Assembly: GCF_018977255.1 (NCBI RefSeq) | Contig: NW_024704742.1 | Location: 14,200,001 to 14,264,000 of the forward strand | Direction of reading: 5' to 3' | DNA: 64,000 nucleotides | From: Callorhinchus milii | Taxonomy: Eukaryota | Shown: in pieces, positions 1 through 12,301 of the stretch | Numbering within the stretch: the stretch's first letter is position 1 | How the letters are laid out: every line of letters starts with the position of its first letter | Notes under the pieces: model-generated | Database searches by the model: none | What the model was told of the DNA's origin: nothing | Seen by the model: only the letters and a program-made list of their open reading frames with translations | Made by a program: the position numbers and the translations under genes

Positions 1-426
1 ACCTTTAAAATTGTTTTGCCAAATAAGCCAAACCTGCTGGTGTTTTAGTATATTTCAATAAGTAATGTACATGTCAGTGATATGTTTTTAATAATGTCTG
101 GTACTTCTATATTAGTACATTTAAATATTTAATTCATATTATATAGGTACTATTAATAGCTTTTTATTAATAATATATAGATGCAGGAAACATTTTTAAG
201 AGTTTCTGTTTATAATTTTTCAGACAAAACCGTAATAAAGAACAGAAGTCTCCTGTGCATTATAGAAAGTTATCAAAGATAGCGATCAAATTTTGTTGGG
301 GTTGACACAAAAGTACCCTTGGTCAACTTATCTCCTGCAGAATCTGCAACCTCATTTACATATATTTTCTCCCAATGAGAAAGGTGCTATATAGATGCTA
401 TTTGTTGTTGCTGTTATATTTTACCG

Positions 427-1310
427 ACAACTCAGATTTATATAGCAACCTCCACGCCAGACGGCGTCTCAGAGCGCTTCACAATAACGGATCACGGGCC
501 GAGGGAGGGAGAGGAAGGTGACCAAAGCCGCGGTCGAAAAGAAAGGACTTCAGCCGAGACCTGAAAATAGGGTGCGAGGCAAAGGGAGTGAGGAGGGGAG
601 TTCCAGATCCTCGGGGTGTAGTGGCTAAAGGCACGGCCGCTGATAGTGGAGTAGAGGACTCGGGGGACAAGGAGGAGGCCAGACCCAGTGGAGCGAAGGC
701 AACGGGCACTGTTGTGAGGAGAGGTGGGGGGGGGAGAGGAGTGGAGGGATTTGAAGACAAGATCTTGAAGTCGATCCTCTCAGAGACAGGCAGCCAGTGC
801 AATCTGGCAAGGACTGGGGTAATCGGAGAGCGGAGTTTGGTGCGGGTGAGAACGCGGGCGGCAGAGTTCTGAATGACCTGGATTTTTTGGATGGTAGTGG
901 AGGGGAGACTGGTGAGGAGGGTATTTGAATAGTCCAGCCAAGAGGTGACACAGCATGGACCAGGGTTTCAGTGGCTTTTGGGATGAGGTATTGGCGGAAA
1001 CGGGCGATGCGTTCGAGGTGGAAGAAAACGATGCTGGTGAGGGACCAGATGTGGGGAAGGATTATTGGGGGTCGAACCTGACCCCTAGGTTGCGTACAGG
1101 TTCGGAGAGTTTATGGGGTGGTCGGGTAGGTGGAGAAGGTGAGAACCATACGATTTAAGATGTTGATGAGAGCCAAAGAGTATGGCTTCCGTCTTGTCAA
1201 CGTTTAGCTGAAGAAAATTCACGCTCATCCAGCCCCTGATATCTGACAGGCAGGCTGACAGACCATCAGGGGACTGGGGGTCGCAAAGTGAGGTGGAAAA
1301 ATAGGGGTAC
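427..1310 (-). mobile_element. L2-clade LINE, 3' part (RT C-terminus and 3' UTR), frameshifted
   Basis: Minus-strand peptides HWLPVSERIDFKIL, AFSHY/LWN-type and LKSFLFDRGF motifs; L2 tail at the left end. Confidence 0.88.
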
Positions 1311-1571
1311 CCCGCAGGTAACCAGGTGAGAGCGGGAGGAAAAGTTGTTTGTGCAGATGTACTGCTGGTGGTTCGTGAGGTAGGTCACTTTATGACTGTT
1401 TGTGGGACATTGATGTGTACAAATTGGCTGTGGGGTTCATCTACAGAATATACAGTCACTACACACTACAGTAAATCCTATGAAGTTCTCTGAGATCTTT
1501 TAATCCCATTTCCTTGCCTTTACTCGATACCCTTTAATAACTTTACTTCCAAAGTATGTATATCTATTCTC

Positions 1572-1640
1572 TCCATCCATCCATCCATCCATCCATCCAT
1601 CCATCCATCCATCCATCCATCCATCTATCTATCCATCTAT
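1572..1640. repeat. (TCCA)n grading into (TCTA)n microsatellite
   Basis: Read directly from the sequence. Confidence 0.97.
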
Positions 1641-2633
1641 AACAATAATCTTAGCATTTGATATGGCGCATTATCATGTCGTTGAGACATCTCAAAGTGC
1701 TTCACAGAATATATTGTGAAGTGGAATGACTGTTATTTTGTAGGTGAAACACGGCAGCTAATTGCGCACAGCAGTGTCCCACAAACAGTCGTCGACTGAG
1801 TGACCAAATGATTATTAATTATCTCCCTTTTAAACCATATTCATGCATTTTCAATGAAGCTGCTCCACGAAGCACCAGTAACCACTATCAGAGGTGACCA
1901 ATGGAGAAAAATAACATGAATTAAAGTTTTGTGTACAAGGTAGAATATTGGTTATTATATGGGGTTTGACTTTCAATAAAAGTGCTACGTATTCCTGTTT
2001 TATTGTCTTTCGTGTATAATAAAAGAGGAAGGGATATACATGGCCTGATAATAACCAGGGGAAATGTCAGAGTGAGATCAGCATTAGTGATGAGTTATTT
2101 TGTCAGATGAGACATCTTCGATGTGAAAGATGTCTGTATTTTGCAATTTGATGGATGCAAAATCGTGTCAAAGGGGTGGGATAAATCAAGGGAAGAATCA
2201 TGGTAATAATTAATGTGTTGTCAAGTTTCCTATTCTGAAGGTGAGGTGCTGACAGTTGAGGATCCACAGTATTAGGATTTGATAGAAGATTGAAATGAAT
2301 TTGTGAGGATCAGATTCACCTGAAAACGGGAGAGCGAAAGAGTTGTATTAAAACAGCTTGAACTTTAATTATGATAGCTTGGAAAGAAGCAACAAAATAG
2401 TCAAACCACTGTAAGGTTGTCACCAGGGTTTTATAGGTCTGAGCAATCCTTTCATCTATGAAACCAACCATCTGAGACTTGGCCTTCTGATAAATGAAAG
2501 ATTAAGTTACATGACTTATAGCTGTAGCTTTATTAACAAAAAATTGTGACAAGGCGCTATATCAAATGCAAGGATTATTATCATTATTATTTACTTGCCT
2601 TTTCTCCATATGTATAATAGGTGTGGAGTCTTT

Positions 2634-2955
2634 GTGGAGTCCTGTAGCTCAGTGGTTAGAGCACACGCTTTGCAAGTGAGAGACCTGAGTTCAATTCCAA
2701 GCAGGGCGAAACCTTGGGCAAGTTTCCTTACTCCACACAGAGCCTAATAATAATCCCTCCAAAACCAAAAACAATAATAAATTGGTCATTTTTAATCTAC
2801 GACTGTTTGTGGGACATTGCTGTGCGCAATTGGCTGCCGCGTTCGCCCACAAATATACAGTCAATTCACTTTACAGTGTGTTCTGTGAAGCGCTTTGGGA
2901 AATCCTCCCAACATGAAAAGCGCTATATCAAATGCAAGGATTATTCTTATTATTA
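2634..2955 (+). mobile_element. Young tRNA-Ala(UGC)-derived SINE, full length
   Basis: Head GTGGAGTCCTGTAGCTCAGTGGTTAGAGC (A box), TTTGCAA anticodon loop, GAGTTCAATTCC (B box), L2-type tail ending ...GCGCTATATCAAATGCAAGG(ATT)n. Near-identical copies occur elsewhere in the window. Confidence 0.9.
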
Positions 2956-3634
2956 GAAACCCCAAACCTAAAGTTAAATAGAGAAAAATGGATTATTAGT
3001 TTGCTTAAAGTTCTCCAAACCTAAGTAATATCATCTTTAAGTTGAATAGGAATAGGCCATTATTTTATAGTGTTTTACCCACGAATTGGAACACTAATCT
3101 CTCCATTAGAAGAGCAGAGTTTGAATAATAACAACAATCCTCAGATTTGATATTGTGTCTTTTATATCGGTAGGATGTCTCAAAGTACTTTGCAGGATAT
3201 ACTGTAAGGTGGAATGACTGTGTATTTTGTGGGTGTATTACCATAATATCAATCTCTCAGGAATCTCAATTTGGCACAGTGTATTTTTGGAGAGTTCATC
3301 TGAAGAAGAACCAGAGAAGAAGTGATCCTTCTCACATTGCTCAAACAAGCTTCCTGATGATTGATCCTGGAAAGACATACATATATCCATGAGTTGGATT
3401 TGTAATTATCTCTTCTATAGGTTAGAACAATTTATTTTGAAGTGGACAGAGCAATGAATATTTGTAAAAAAAACAAATGTGCTCAACAGGATCCATAAAT
3501 TATTTTAAAAATAGATTAGATAAATGCTTGAAAAGAATAGGAGAATGAGGTAAGATTTGTGGTATACTAGAAGAAAAGCACTACACTAGATTTGAAGGGC
3601 TGAATGTCGTGTCTCATTGTTATATAGAGTGATA

Positions 3635-3870
3635 TGGCACGGAAACAGCCACGCAGCCCAATTAGTCTGTGCCAATTCCACACAGGCCCCAACTCCTCCT
3701 ATTCCCCTTACCTATACTCTTCGATTGTCTTCTTCCTCATGTGGACATCAAGTCTTCTTTTTATTGCTTTTTGGTGCCAGCACAGCTTTCGGCAGCAAGC
3801 TCCACATTCTCACCATCTTCCGTGTGAAGAAGTTCCTTCTAAATTCGTTTCAGTGCTATAACGTTTCATG
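3635..3870 (-). mobile_element. CR1 3' end
   Basis: Reverse complement of TTCTTCACACGGAAGATGGTGAGAATGTGGAGCTTGCTGCC plus a CR1-type UTR. Confidence 0.6.
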
Positions 3871-4624
3871 ATTCTATCATTGTTTTTGCCAACATTAACT
3901 GGGTGATTTAGTACAGCATAAAGCTTATGTCGTATGAAAGTTTAATGTGCCATCAAAGTTCACATAAGCTAAAATGTTGTAGTACAAGAACAATATTATA
4001 ATATATTTTCTGTATAACATAGTAAGGCTATCTATTAATGAATATTTTCTTTGCTTTGGCAGATAGTTGTATAAAAATCCTGTTTCTTATTATTATGATT
4101 GCTATAATGCTTTTTGGATTTGAGTGTTCTAGATTTACCTAAGGGCTAGTGACAGAAATACTCCCACACAAAACAGCATACTGTATAATTTCATCCATCA
4201 TTGCTGTTTTTCTTCAGTAATCATTCTTGATTAAATAATTCCACCCAGTAGAGTAGGAGTTAAGAAGCTTACTTTGCACATTCGTAGCTATGTTTTCAGC
4301 CTACCATTGGGGAACATTCCACTTTGTGGGCAGTCTATGTAGTACAGTAGCATTAGCACTTGGAACACATCAAACAATTATATAATGCTTTACCTGGTCT
4401 GTGGATTAGAGAGATTGGTTTGGACACAAGCAAATTGAAAGAGATTGTTTATTTTATTTTAAAGCCTGTTTTTCTTTGATCAGAGTATATATCAACTATG
4501 TACTTAGCTCTATCTCCTCCCAACCCCCGCCCATGTGCTGATCACTGTTATCCAAGATATTCTGCATTATTCTGCAATGGGTAGGTTCAACAACATATAA
4601 CCAGATCGACATTCGTCTACAAAA

Positions 4625-4995
4625 TAATAATAATCCTTGCATTTCGTTTAGCACCTTCACGTTTGGAGGACATCCCAAAGCGCTTCACAGGATTTGCTGT
4701 ATAGTGCAGTGACTGTGTATTTGTAGGCATATGCAGCAGTCCAATATAGCAATCTTCTACAATGTTGAAGGATTTCAAAACATTCAAGGAACAAATGACC
4801 AGTTTTATTTGGGAGATTGATGGTCAGGTCACTGGGGGAAACTCCCTTCACTTTTAAGCCTTGATATACCATTCAAGACTAGAATTAATGTAATCTTTAA
4901 AGCAGATTGGACCTCGGGTTATCGTCTCCTCTGAAGGATGGCACTTCTGACAAACACCCTCAGCACTGTATTAGAGTATCATCTTAGACTAACAG
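4625..4995 (-). mobile_element. Older Deu-domain SINE, head missing
   Basis: Tail at 4625; GGACCTCGGGTTATCGTCTC core on the minus strand. Confidence 0.7.
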
Positions 4996-5689
4996 GAGCA
5001 GGTCAAATAGAAATACCATTCAAGACCATAATGGGTGTTTGATTCTCTCAATCGAGTCGCTAGTGCTATAGTACAGCACCGTGGACAATACATTTTTACG
5101 CATAATAAGGCTCAAGTCCAGGTTTGGATATTACATAAATTTATGCTCCAACTTTTAAGACTAGATTTTTTATAAAAGATGCACATGACAATGAGGTTCA
5201 TTGGAAACGTGTTGCCATATCAGGCTCAGACTTTGAAAGAAATGTAATGTATTTATAGTGGAGCTTCTCAGATAATTCTTTAGCTAAAGTATTAAACTGG
5301 AATGTGAATCAATATTTACAGATCAAAGTGAAGGAAATCAAATATAGCACTTCAAAGCAAAACACTTTCTTGTTCATTATCAATGACACAGGGTTTTGTT
5401 TATTGCCAGGGGGAATTCTTTGCAGATTATATTATTCATATATGATTTTCATCACCAAACATTTCCTGTCAGTGCATAATACATAAAATTCTGTTGGAAA
5501 GTATTAAATCAGTGATTATGCTGGAATAGATGTACCAGAAATCAAATTAACGGTTTGGTATGAAAATTCCAACCTTATGTTGCTCCTGTTATTGCTCAAG
5601 GTTTATGTGATGGGCATTAAAAGTTCGATTAGAGCTCAAACAGCTTGCATTTACTGGTATTTTCTGCGAATTTAATGAAAAAACATCTC

Positions 5690-6560
5690 AAAGCACTTAG
5701 CAAAGGTAAAAAGTGGACACCAAACAGGATATGAGATATAGGTGACTGATAGCACAGTCAAACAGATCTATGAAATCCATGAGAAAGATACTGAGGTGAA
5801 GGTGGTTTGGAAGTGAGCTCTGAAAATCAAGGGTATTGTGGTTGAAGGCTCTGCTCCTTATGATGCAACAGAGGAAATGGGCACAAGCAACAAACCAGAG
5901 CAATGAGTGTGCACTCTAGGACATGGAGCTGGAGACAATTTGATATGTGTTATGAAGCTAGCCCGGAAGAATTTCAAATCAAGGAGGAGGATCTTGAAAT
6001 TGATCCTTTGAGGACATGAAGTCAGGCAAAGTCAGGGTGGGACAGGATTTAGACCACAGTCTAAAGGGTGAATTAAAGATGGAGAAGCAGAGGTTTATGT
6101 GATGGGAGAGAATTGGAGAAAACTATCCTTGAGGTAATAAGGCTCAGCAACGATGATGGTGATGAGATACAACTGTAAGCGGCCAATGTTCCAGAGGTGC
6201 CAGAAGGGAGGCCTAGAAATTAATCCGGTGGTGGGTTTGAAACTCAAAAAGCATTATACACAATGCCAAGTCTTGGACTCACTGGGTTGATTCGGCCTGA
6301 GAGAAAAAACAGGGTGGTTTACATAATATGAACCAAAGGCACTTAGACTTTGTCAAGCAGGGAAAAAGGTAGTTCCAATCTTTCATCATCCAGGACTGTA
6401 TATTAACAGGCAATTTGATACAACTGCAACAGCCCTGGAATCAGGAATAGTCCTGTTGAAGAGGTAGAGCTGGTTGTTGCTGGTGTATATATATGGAAGC
6501 TATTCGGTGCTTTAGATGATGTTGCCAAGGGTCACAGTGTATAAGAGAAATAAAAGTGCA
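5690..6560 (-). mobile_element. Degraded L2 LINE fragment
   Basis: GATCTTGAAATTGAT (IxFKIL) and a decayed F-H-x-Y-A-D-D-T-Q-L-Y region near 6465-6500. Confidence 0.65.
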
Positions 6561-6577
6561 TCAATTTCTGTGTCATA

Positions 6578-6960
6578 CTAGCTCAGATGGTAGCACTCTT
6601 GTCAGAGATTGGAAGGTTGTGTGAACAAACTCCACGTTGGAACTCTGAGCTCATAGTCTGGACTGATACTCCAGGAGCACTGCATTGTTGGAGGTATTAT
6701 CTTTTGGATTAAACATTAAGCTGATGCCCGTCTGTTTATTCACATGGATGCTAAAGATCCCATTGCATTATTTGTAAAGTGATGGAAGTTTCTCCTAGTC
6801 AACAATCCCCCAGATAAAATTGATCATGCTTCATAGCTGTTCGTAGGTCATTGCTATGTGCAGATTTTCTGCACGGATTCACCAACAAATAATCACTACA
6901 CTTCACAGAAACCCGGTGAAACCCTTTATAGTTATACCAGATGCAAGGATTACTATTATA
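6578..6960 (+). mobile_element. Older Deu-domain SINE
   Basis: GCTCAGATGGTAGCACTCTT head, AAAGATCCCATTGC core, GATGCAAGGATT tail. Confidence 0.75.
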
Positions 6961-6996
6961 GTGGAATTTTATTTAATTACTGTATGTCTGTATATA

Positions 6997-7368
6997 GAGT
7001 TCTGTAATTTAGTGGTTAGAACACTCGCCTCACAAGCAAGGACCTTGGTTTGATTCCCAGCAGGGCGAAACGTTGGGCAAGTTTCCTTATTCCACACACA
7101 CCTCTGTTTACTAAGCACTAAGTAGGAACCCGCTTGTTAGTCAATTGGCAGATCGCTTTTCTGGGGATAATAATTCCTTCAAAAAAAATAACAATTTGGT
7201 CACTCGATCCACGACTGTTTGTGGGACAGTACTGTGCGCAATTGGCTGCTGTGTTTCGCCCACAAAATATACAGTCACTACACTTTACAATATATTCTGT
7301 GAGGCACTTTGAGACATCTCAAAGGCGCAATAAGGTGCTGTATCAAATGCAAGGATTATTATTATTAT
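6997..7368 (+). mobile_element. Longer SINE variant with an extra ~65-nt central segment
   Basis: Same head and tail as the young family, plus CTCTGTTTACTAAGCACTAAGTAGG...GATCGCTTTTCTGGG at about 7104-7166. Confidence 0.85.
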
Positions 7369-7404
7369 CTTTCCTCATTTTGATCCCTGCTACCACTTTC
7401 AGCC

Positions 7405-7665
7405 AAAAACAACAACAACTTGCACCTATATAGCGCCCTCCACACAGGGTAGCATCTCAGAGGGAGAGTGTTTCAGAGTTTTGGGGTGTAATGTCTGATA
7501 GTGCGACCTCCAATGGTGTGGCGGAGGGTGCGAGGGATGAGCAGGAGGACGGTGCCAGTCGAGCAGAGGCGCCGGGAGGCGGATTGGGAAGTGAGGAAGT
7601 CAGAGAGGTAGGGAGGTGCCAGGGAGGAATGGATTTGAATGAATGGATCCTTGTTCAGAAGCAAG
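7405..7665 (-). mobile_element. L2 LINE 3' fragment
   Basis: LAPPYLSDFL...IGGR peptide and a (CAA)n tail. Confidence 0.8.
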
Positions 7666-9428
7666 GTAGAACAGCCTGTGCAGGAGATTTACTCATCACC
7701 TAATGTTGGTTCTTTAGCATTGAGCAAGGAAGCTTCTACAAAGTGTTCTGCACAGCTGTTGATCTGGGAGGTAGCACTGCTCACAATTTAAAGTTGAATG
7801 GTGGACAAAGATGAGATTGAAGTTTGATTCGTCTAAATTGAAGTCCACTTTCCTATTGCTAGAGGTCCTGGAGTTGTATCTATTACCAACTGTTATTGTA
7901 CACTTTTTTTAGTTTTCTGGATCTCTATATAGAAAGTGAATAAAAGTGGTCCTTTCAAAAAAGTATAATTCTTTTTTGTTCGATTGACGTAAAATAATGC
8001 AAATTGTCCCGAGACAATATCATTTTGAGCAACTCTGTACCTTGCCCTTTCATTGCAAGTCAGAGATATTTAAGACATAGTGTGCTATTTATTAATTGAT
8101 TCCTTAATAAGAAATTCCCATTAGAATTCCCGTCCACTTGTAGGATCACTGCTCTGGGAGTAGATTGCTTCCAAGTGGTGTTCCCATGGGTGATGTACTT
8201 CTGGATACCAGACAGGGTTCCCATTGATGTGTGCTGGATTCTTTGCGAATAAGAATCCTATTAAAATATTCCTCAAATTAGACCCACTTGTGTGGTTAAT
8301 ACCCATCTTTGCCATAACCACTCAAGAAGTAATAATCCATTCATTGGAAAACATATATGTATAAATCATATTTATATTATTGAGCAGTGAACAAATTATT
8401 TGCTTTAAAGCCAAACGTTAACCAATATATTATCACTGGAATAACCTAAATGAGTAGCAGTCTCAGTTTAAAGGTGTGACACTATTGGAGAGATTATTAA
8501 ACTACATTTCCAAAGTCCTGAAATGAAAGGGCCAGAAATTAAGTGAGCTTGAGTACAGTGGTGCTCAAGGTGACATTACTACTTAAACTATTTCATTTTC
8601 ACGTTTCTTAACAAACAAGCCATTAAATCTATTTGCAAAGCATGGATTATTTAAGTTACTACTCCCTCAAGGTTGAGTCTGTTGAGTCAAAATACTCTAG
8701 TGTTTAGATTGAACTGAAGACATAACAGACGTTATCTGTTCTAGTGTTCTTGCCTCAAGGCTGTTCATTAACACCAAGGGTACTCTGCTATAGGTCATCA
8801 CCGGTTGTCCTTTATTCATTCTGCTGATAATGATAATAAAACCAGTACATCTCCTTATTAACATTTTTGCTCTGTTTTACTTGCCTTGGTTGCTCAACTC
8901 CTTATCTGGACATATATTGAAGGCAAAGAGAGGTAAAGGCCACCGCTAAAATGTTGCTTTCTCATCTGCATCCATTCTGGTGAATGACCAGACACAAACT
9001 TATGAACATTTAAAGACGCATAGCAAACTCTCATTGTTTAAATCAGAAGACATGGATCAGATTTTGGGTGAGATCCATACTGAAAAGTTTACTTCATGGA
9101 ACCTTTCAGAGTTTCACAGTACTTTTAGTTTGTGTTTGTAGTTAGTTTTAGTTAGTGGTGATTTTTGTCATAGCCTATGAACTGTTATTCTCCTTTGGTC
9201 CTATTAACCATTTTACCTGTAGCCATGATGCTGCGGAATCTCTCAGTTATTTTCTTTTTCAATTACCTTGAGTGCTGTACCTTATGTTCTGTGTATTGCT
9301 AATGATGCATCTGGTTCATTTTCATGCAGTTTCATTTCATGTACGGATTCAGGGATTCTCAATCTCCCTCTCATTTTCTTTATTTTCTTTCCTTCTTTCT
9401 TTGTTTCTTGTACCATCTCTTTTATGTG

Positions 9429-9430
<2 letters not shown>

Positions 9431-9470
<40 letters not shown>

Positions 9471-9473
9471 TCT
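9431..9473. repeat. (TC)n microsatellite
   Basis: Read directly from the sequence. Confidence 0.97.
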
Positions 9474-9899
9474 AAAACTGCCTCTCTAATTTTCAGTGTA
9501 TGCATGTGTGTGGTGCATACCTCTCTCACTCTTTCTCTAACATCTTATACTTACCTGCTGGATAGGAACTCCACCTCACATTCTGGTTCCTGATAATTAA
9601 AATCGTAATTCTGGATACTCACATGCACCTAACTAAAAAAATGATTTAGAGATCGCTGCACTGACTTGACTACCTCGTTTGAGCGCTCTGAGACACTACC
9701 CTGCGTGGAGGGCGCTATATAAGTGCAAGTAGTTGTTGTTCATTAGAGCCTGATATGGATAGTCAGTGGACTCATATGCAATGTTCTGCTGTTTTTGCTG
9801 CAATTTTTACTTGTTTGTTCGTTTAGCTCAGAGAATGCATTTGTAAGAAAGACTGAACTTAGATATAAGATAGTCACAACAAGAGCGAAAGGACAGTTC

Positions 9900-10260
9900 A
9901 GGAGATTTTGTTTTGCACAGTTATTGAGATGCAGAATGCCCTGCCAAGTAAGGTGGTAGATGTAGAGTCTATTGTGAGTTTCCAGAGGGAAATAGACAAG
10001 TTTAATAATATAAGAGTAATAAACCTTCTGTTTGATATAGTGCCTTATCATGTCATGGAGACATCTCAAACACTTCACAGGATATACTGTAAAGTGGTGT
10101 GCCTGTGTATGTTTTGTCTATATCAGAGTGAGAGGCTTGAAGGTGAATGGGGATAAGGCAGGACAGTGGGATTGAATGAATAGCTTTCTCTGAGAGCTGG
10201 TACAGACCTGATGGGCCAAATAGCCTCCTTCTGTGCTGTCAATTTCTACGATTCGATGAA
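9900..10260 (+). mobile_element. CR1 3' end interrupted by a minus-strand SINE tail (about 10004-10118)
   Basis: NALPSKVVDVESIVSFQREIDKF, then the SINE fragment, then GATGGGCCAAATAGCCTCCTTCTGTGCTG...ATTCGATG (CR1 tail). Confidence 0.8.
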
Positions 10261-10399
10261 TGGCCCCAATAAACTTCTTACATACCTTTTGGCACTTACA
10301 AATCAAGGGCATGGTTAAAAACAATTTGGCAGATGTAGTGTATTGTACAACTGAAGTAAAAATAAGAGGTACATCAATTCCATTCACAGAATAGAATTA

Positions 10400-10970
10400 G
10401 CCAAGAGTCAGGGGTGTCTGGTAAATCATCACTCACACTGCCCAAACTGAGGGGGCAATAAGAAAAGTGAATGTAATGTTGGATTCAGTTAAATTCAAAT
10501 CCCCAGAATTGCTGGTCAAGACTTGCAGTGTTCTGGTCAAACTTCACTTGGAGAACTCCATAGTGTTCAGGTCTCAGCAACATTATAAACGGGAGACCGT
10601 GAACCAAGAAGCTTTAGAGGAAAGCAGAGAAGCTGATACATAGTGTTAGAGAGAGAGAAACTATGAGGAACAAATGCATAGTTCAGTCTCTTTAACCTCA
10701 AAAATAGACATTTCAGAGGGGACTTAAGAGAGGTGTGTAACAGGTTAAACCCAGAGCAATGTTTCTAATATACCAAGCCAGCAGGACAAAAATTTCAGGA
10801 TTGTGAAGTTTAGGTTTAGTATAGAAACCTATACTTCACAATCCTGAAGTATTTATTTATTTACACAGAGACTAATCAACATCTGGAATGGGTAACCAGG
10901 AAGTGTGGTTGAGGTCAGGATACTGAACACATTTAAGAAACACTTAGATGATACAATGGGAAAATGATGG
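10400..10970 (+). mobile_element. Degraded CR1 fragment
   Basis: Decayed LVRPHLE, RGDL and WNGxP...FKKHLD-like segments. Confidence 0.55.
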
Positions 10971-11100
10971 GGTTCATCCATTGTGAAGGAAGGAAGGCAT
11001 GAAAGACTTCATATATAGATTTGTTGTGATTCGGTTGGCGATTCTACAACTGCTGGTAATTTCACTGACCTTGGTGGATAAGCGCATCTTACTGTCCACC

Positions 11101-11120
11101 GGTCAGTAAATTTACTGACC
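11101..11120. repeat. Perfect 20-bp palindrome GGTCAGTAAATTTACTGACC
   Basis: The sequence is its own reverse complement. Confidence 0.97.
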
Positions 11121-11869
11121 TTGAGGGTGCAAGCTTATATTAGGATTTTTCTGTTATAAGCTACGGTTGATAAATTTACTGACAATCGCATAATCACCCA
11201 TAAGAAACTCTTGCTCAGCCATTTACTACATTATTTAAATAACTCGACGTGATCTACTGTTAATTTTATCCTTGCAAATTTACATTTGGAATTTTTCTGT
11301 CTGCTGTGGAGATAGCTAATGTCTCTTACATGTAAGTAAAATGATGAAGAATTTCTTCTTCTCATCTACATTTAGAAATTCCTTGTTAATGTACAGCCTC
11401 ATAAATGTGTTTAAAACATGATGCAGGATGCAGAGAAAATTCGCCCTGAAGGGCTTTTACTTTTGACTGAGAATTCAACAAATTATCATCCTGAATATTT
11501 TTAGACAGCGAGTTGAAAATGTTATTTCATGATACTTTCCATTTTTAGTTTGATGTAAATGAATAGAAAGCACACGCTCGGTCTCCTGATTCTGAAATGT
11601 AATTTGACTGTGTGACATCTTTGTGTGTTCGATTGCCGGAGCACAAAGCAGGCTAGCCATTGGGGTTGCTAAGTATTTTATTAATTGTCGTCCTGCAAGG
11701 GTTGGCTCAAGATCTAACAGAGCACATAAACTGTGCTTGTCAAAAGATTTTTTTTGAGGAAATAATGGCCTTGCTTGTTTGTGGCATCTCCAGTTGTCAG
11801 TGTCTGTAGTGACATGTGATATTTTACTACTGTGCCTGTCATGAGCCTGATTCTGAAAGGATTGCACCT

Positions 11870-12301
11870 CTTTGCGCAAGTGCATTGTGGCAGATCCAAA
11901 GATCCTTCGGGAGTTTCCAATCAATCACTTGATTGTGAGAGGAATTCAGTTGAACAGTGAATTAGCTCCGAATGGAATGCATTCATGTGTAACAACCTAC
12001 TATCTGGATGTCACCAAAATGGCTCCTACTCCTCGAAGGTCTTTACAATAATTAGCTGGAAGAATTGGCTGTTTCTGTCAATCACAGTTGTTTTACAGCT
12101 CGTTTCCACTGACTTACATGAAACAGCTACAGCTCGGCTGCCTGCGACTGAGGGAGAGATAACTGCAGTTGCTGGGGCTTTGGTGATGAAGTGGTCCTTG
12201 TTTTGCCGCAAATGTGTCCTGTTCTAATCCGTGTGTCAAAGAAGAGGTTGCAATGGAATATAATCATGAATAGGACACTGAATCATTCCAGCCGGGTGAG
12301 T
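11870..12301 (+). promoter_or_regulatory. Possible promoter and non-coding first exon of the NDST gene
   Basis: Repeat-poor block with TTGCGCAA (11872-11879), CCAAT (11917-11921) and a consensus donor CGG|GTGAGT at 12295/12296; a second donor TTA|GTAAGT is at 12627/12628. There is no transcript evidence. Confidence 0.25.

Noticed and set aside
9268..9593. Three overlapping Ser/Leu-rich ORFs
   Set aside because: Produced by the pyrimidine tract and the (TC)n microsatellite.
11055..11230. CRISPR-like repeat-spacer array
   Set aside because: Only about three degenerate units with uneven, self-complementary interiors, in a vertebrate context with no cas genes. Kept as a hairpin array instead.
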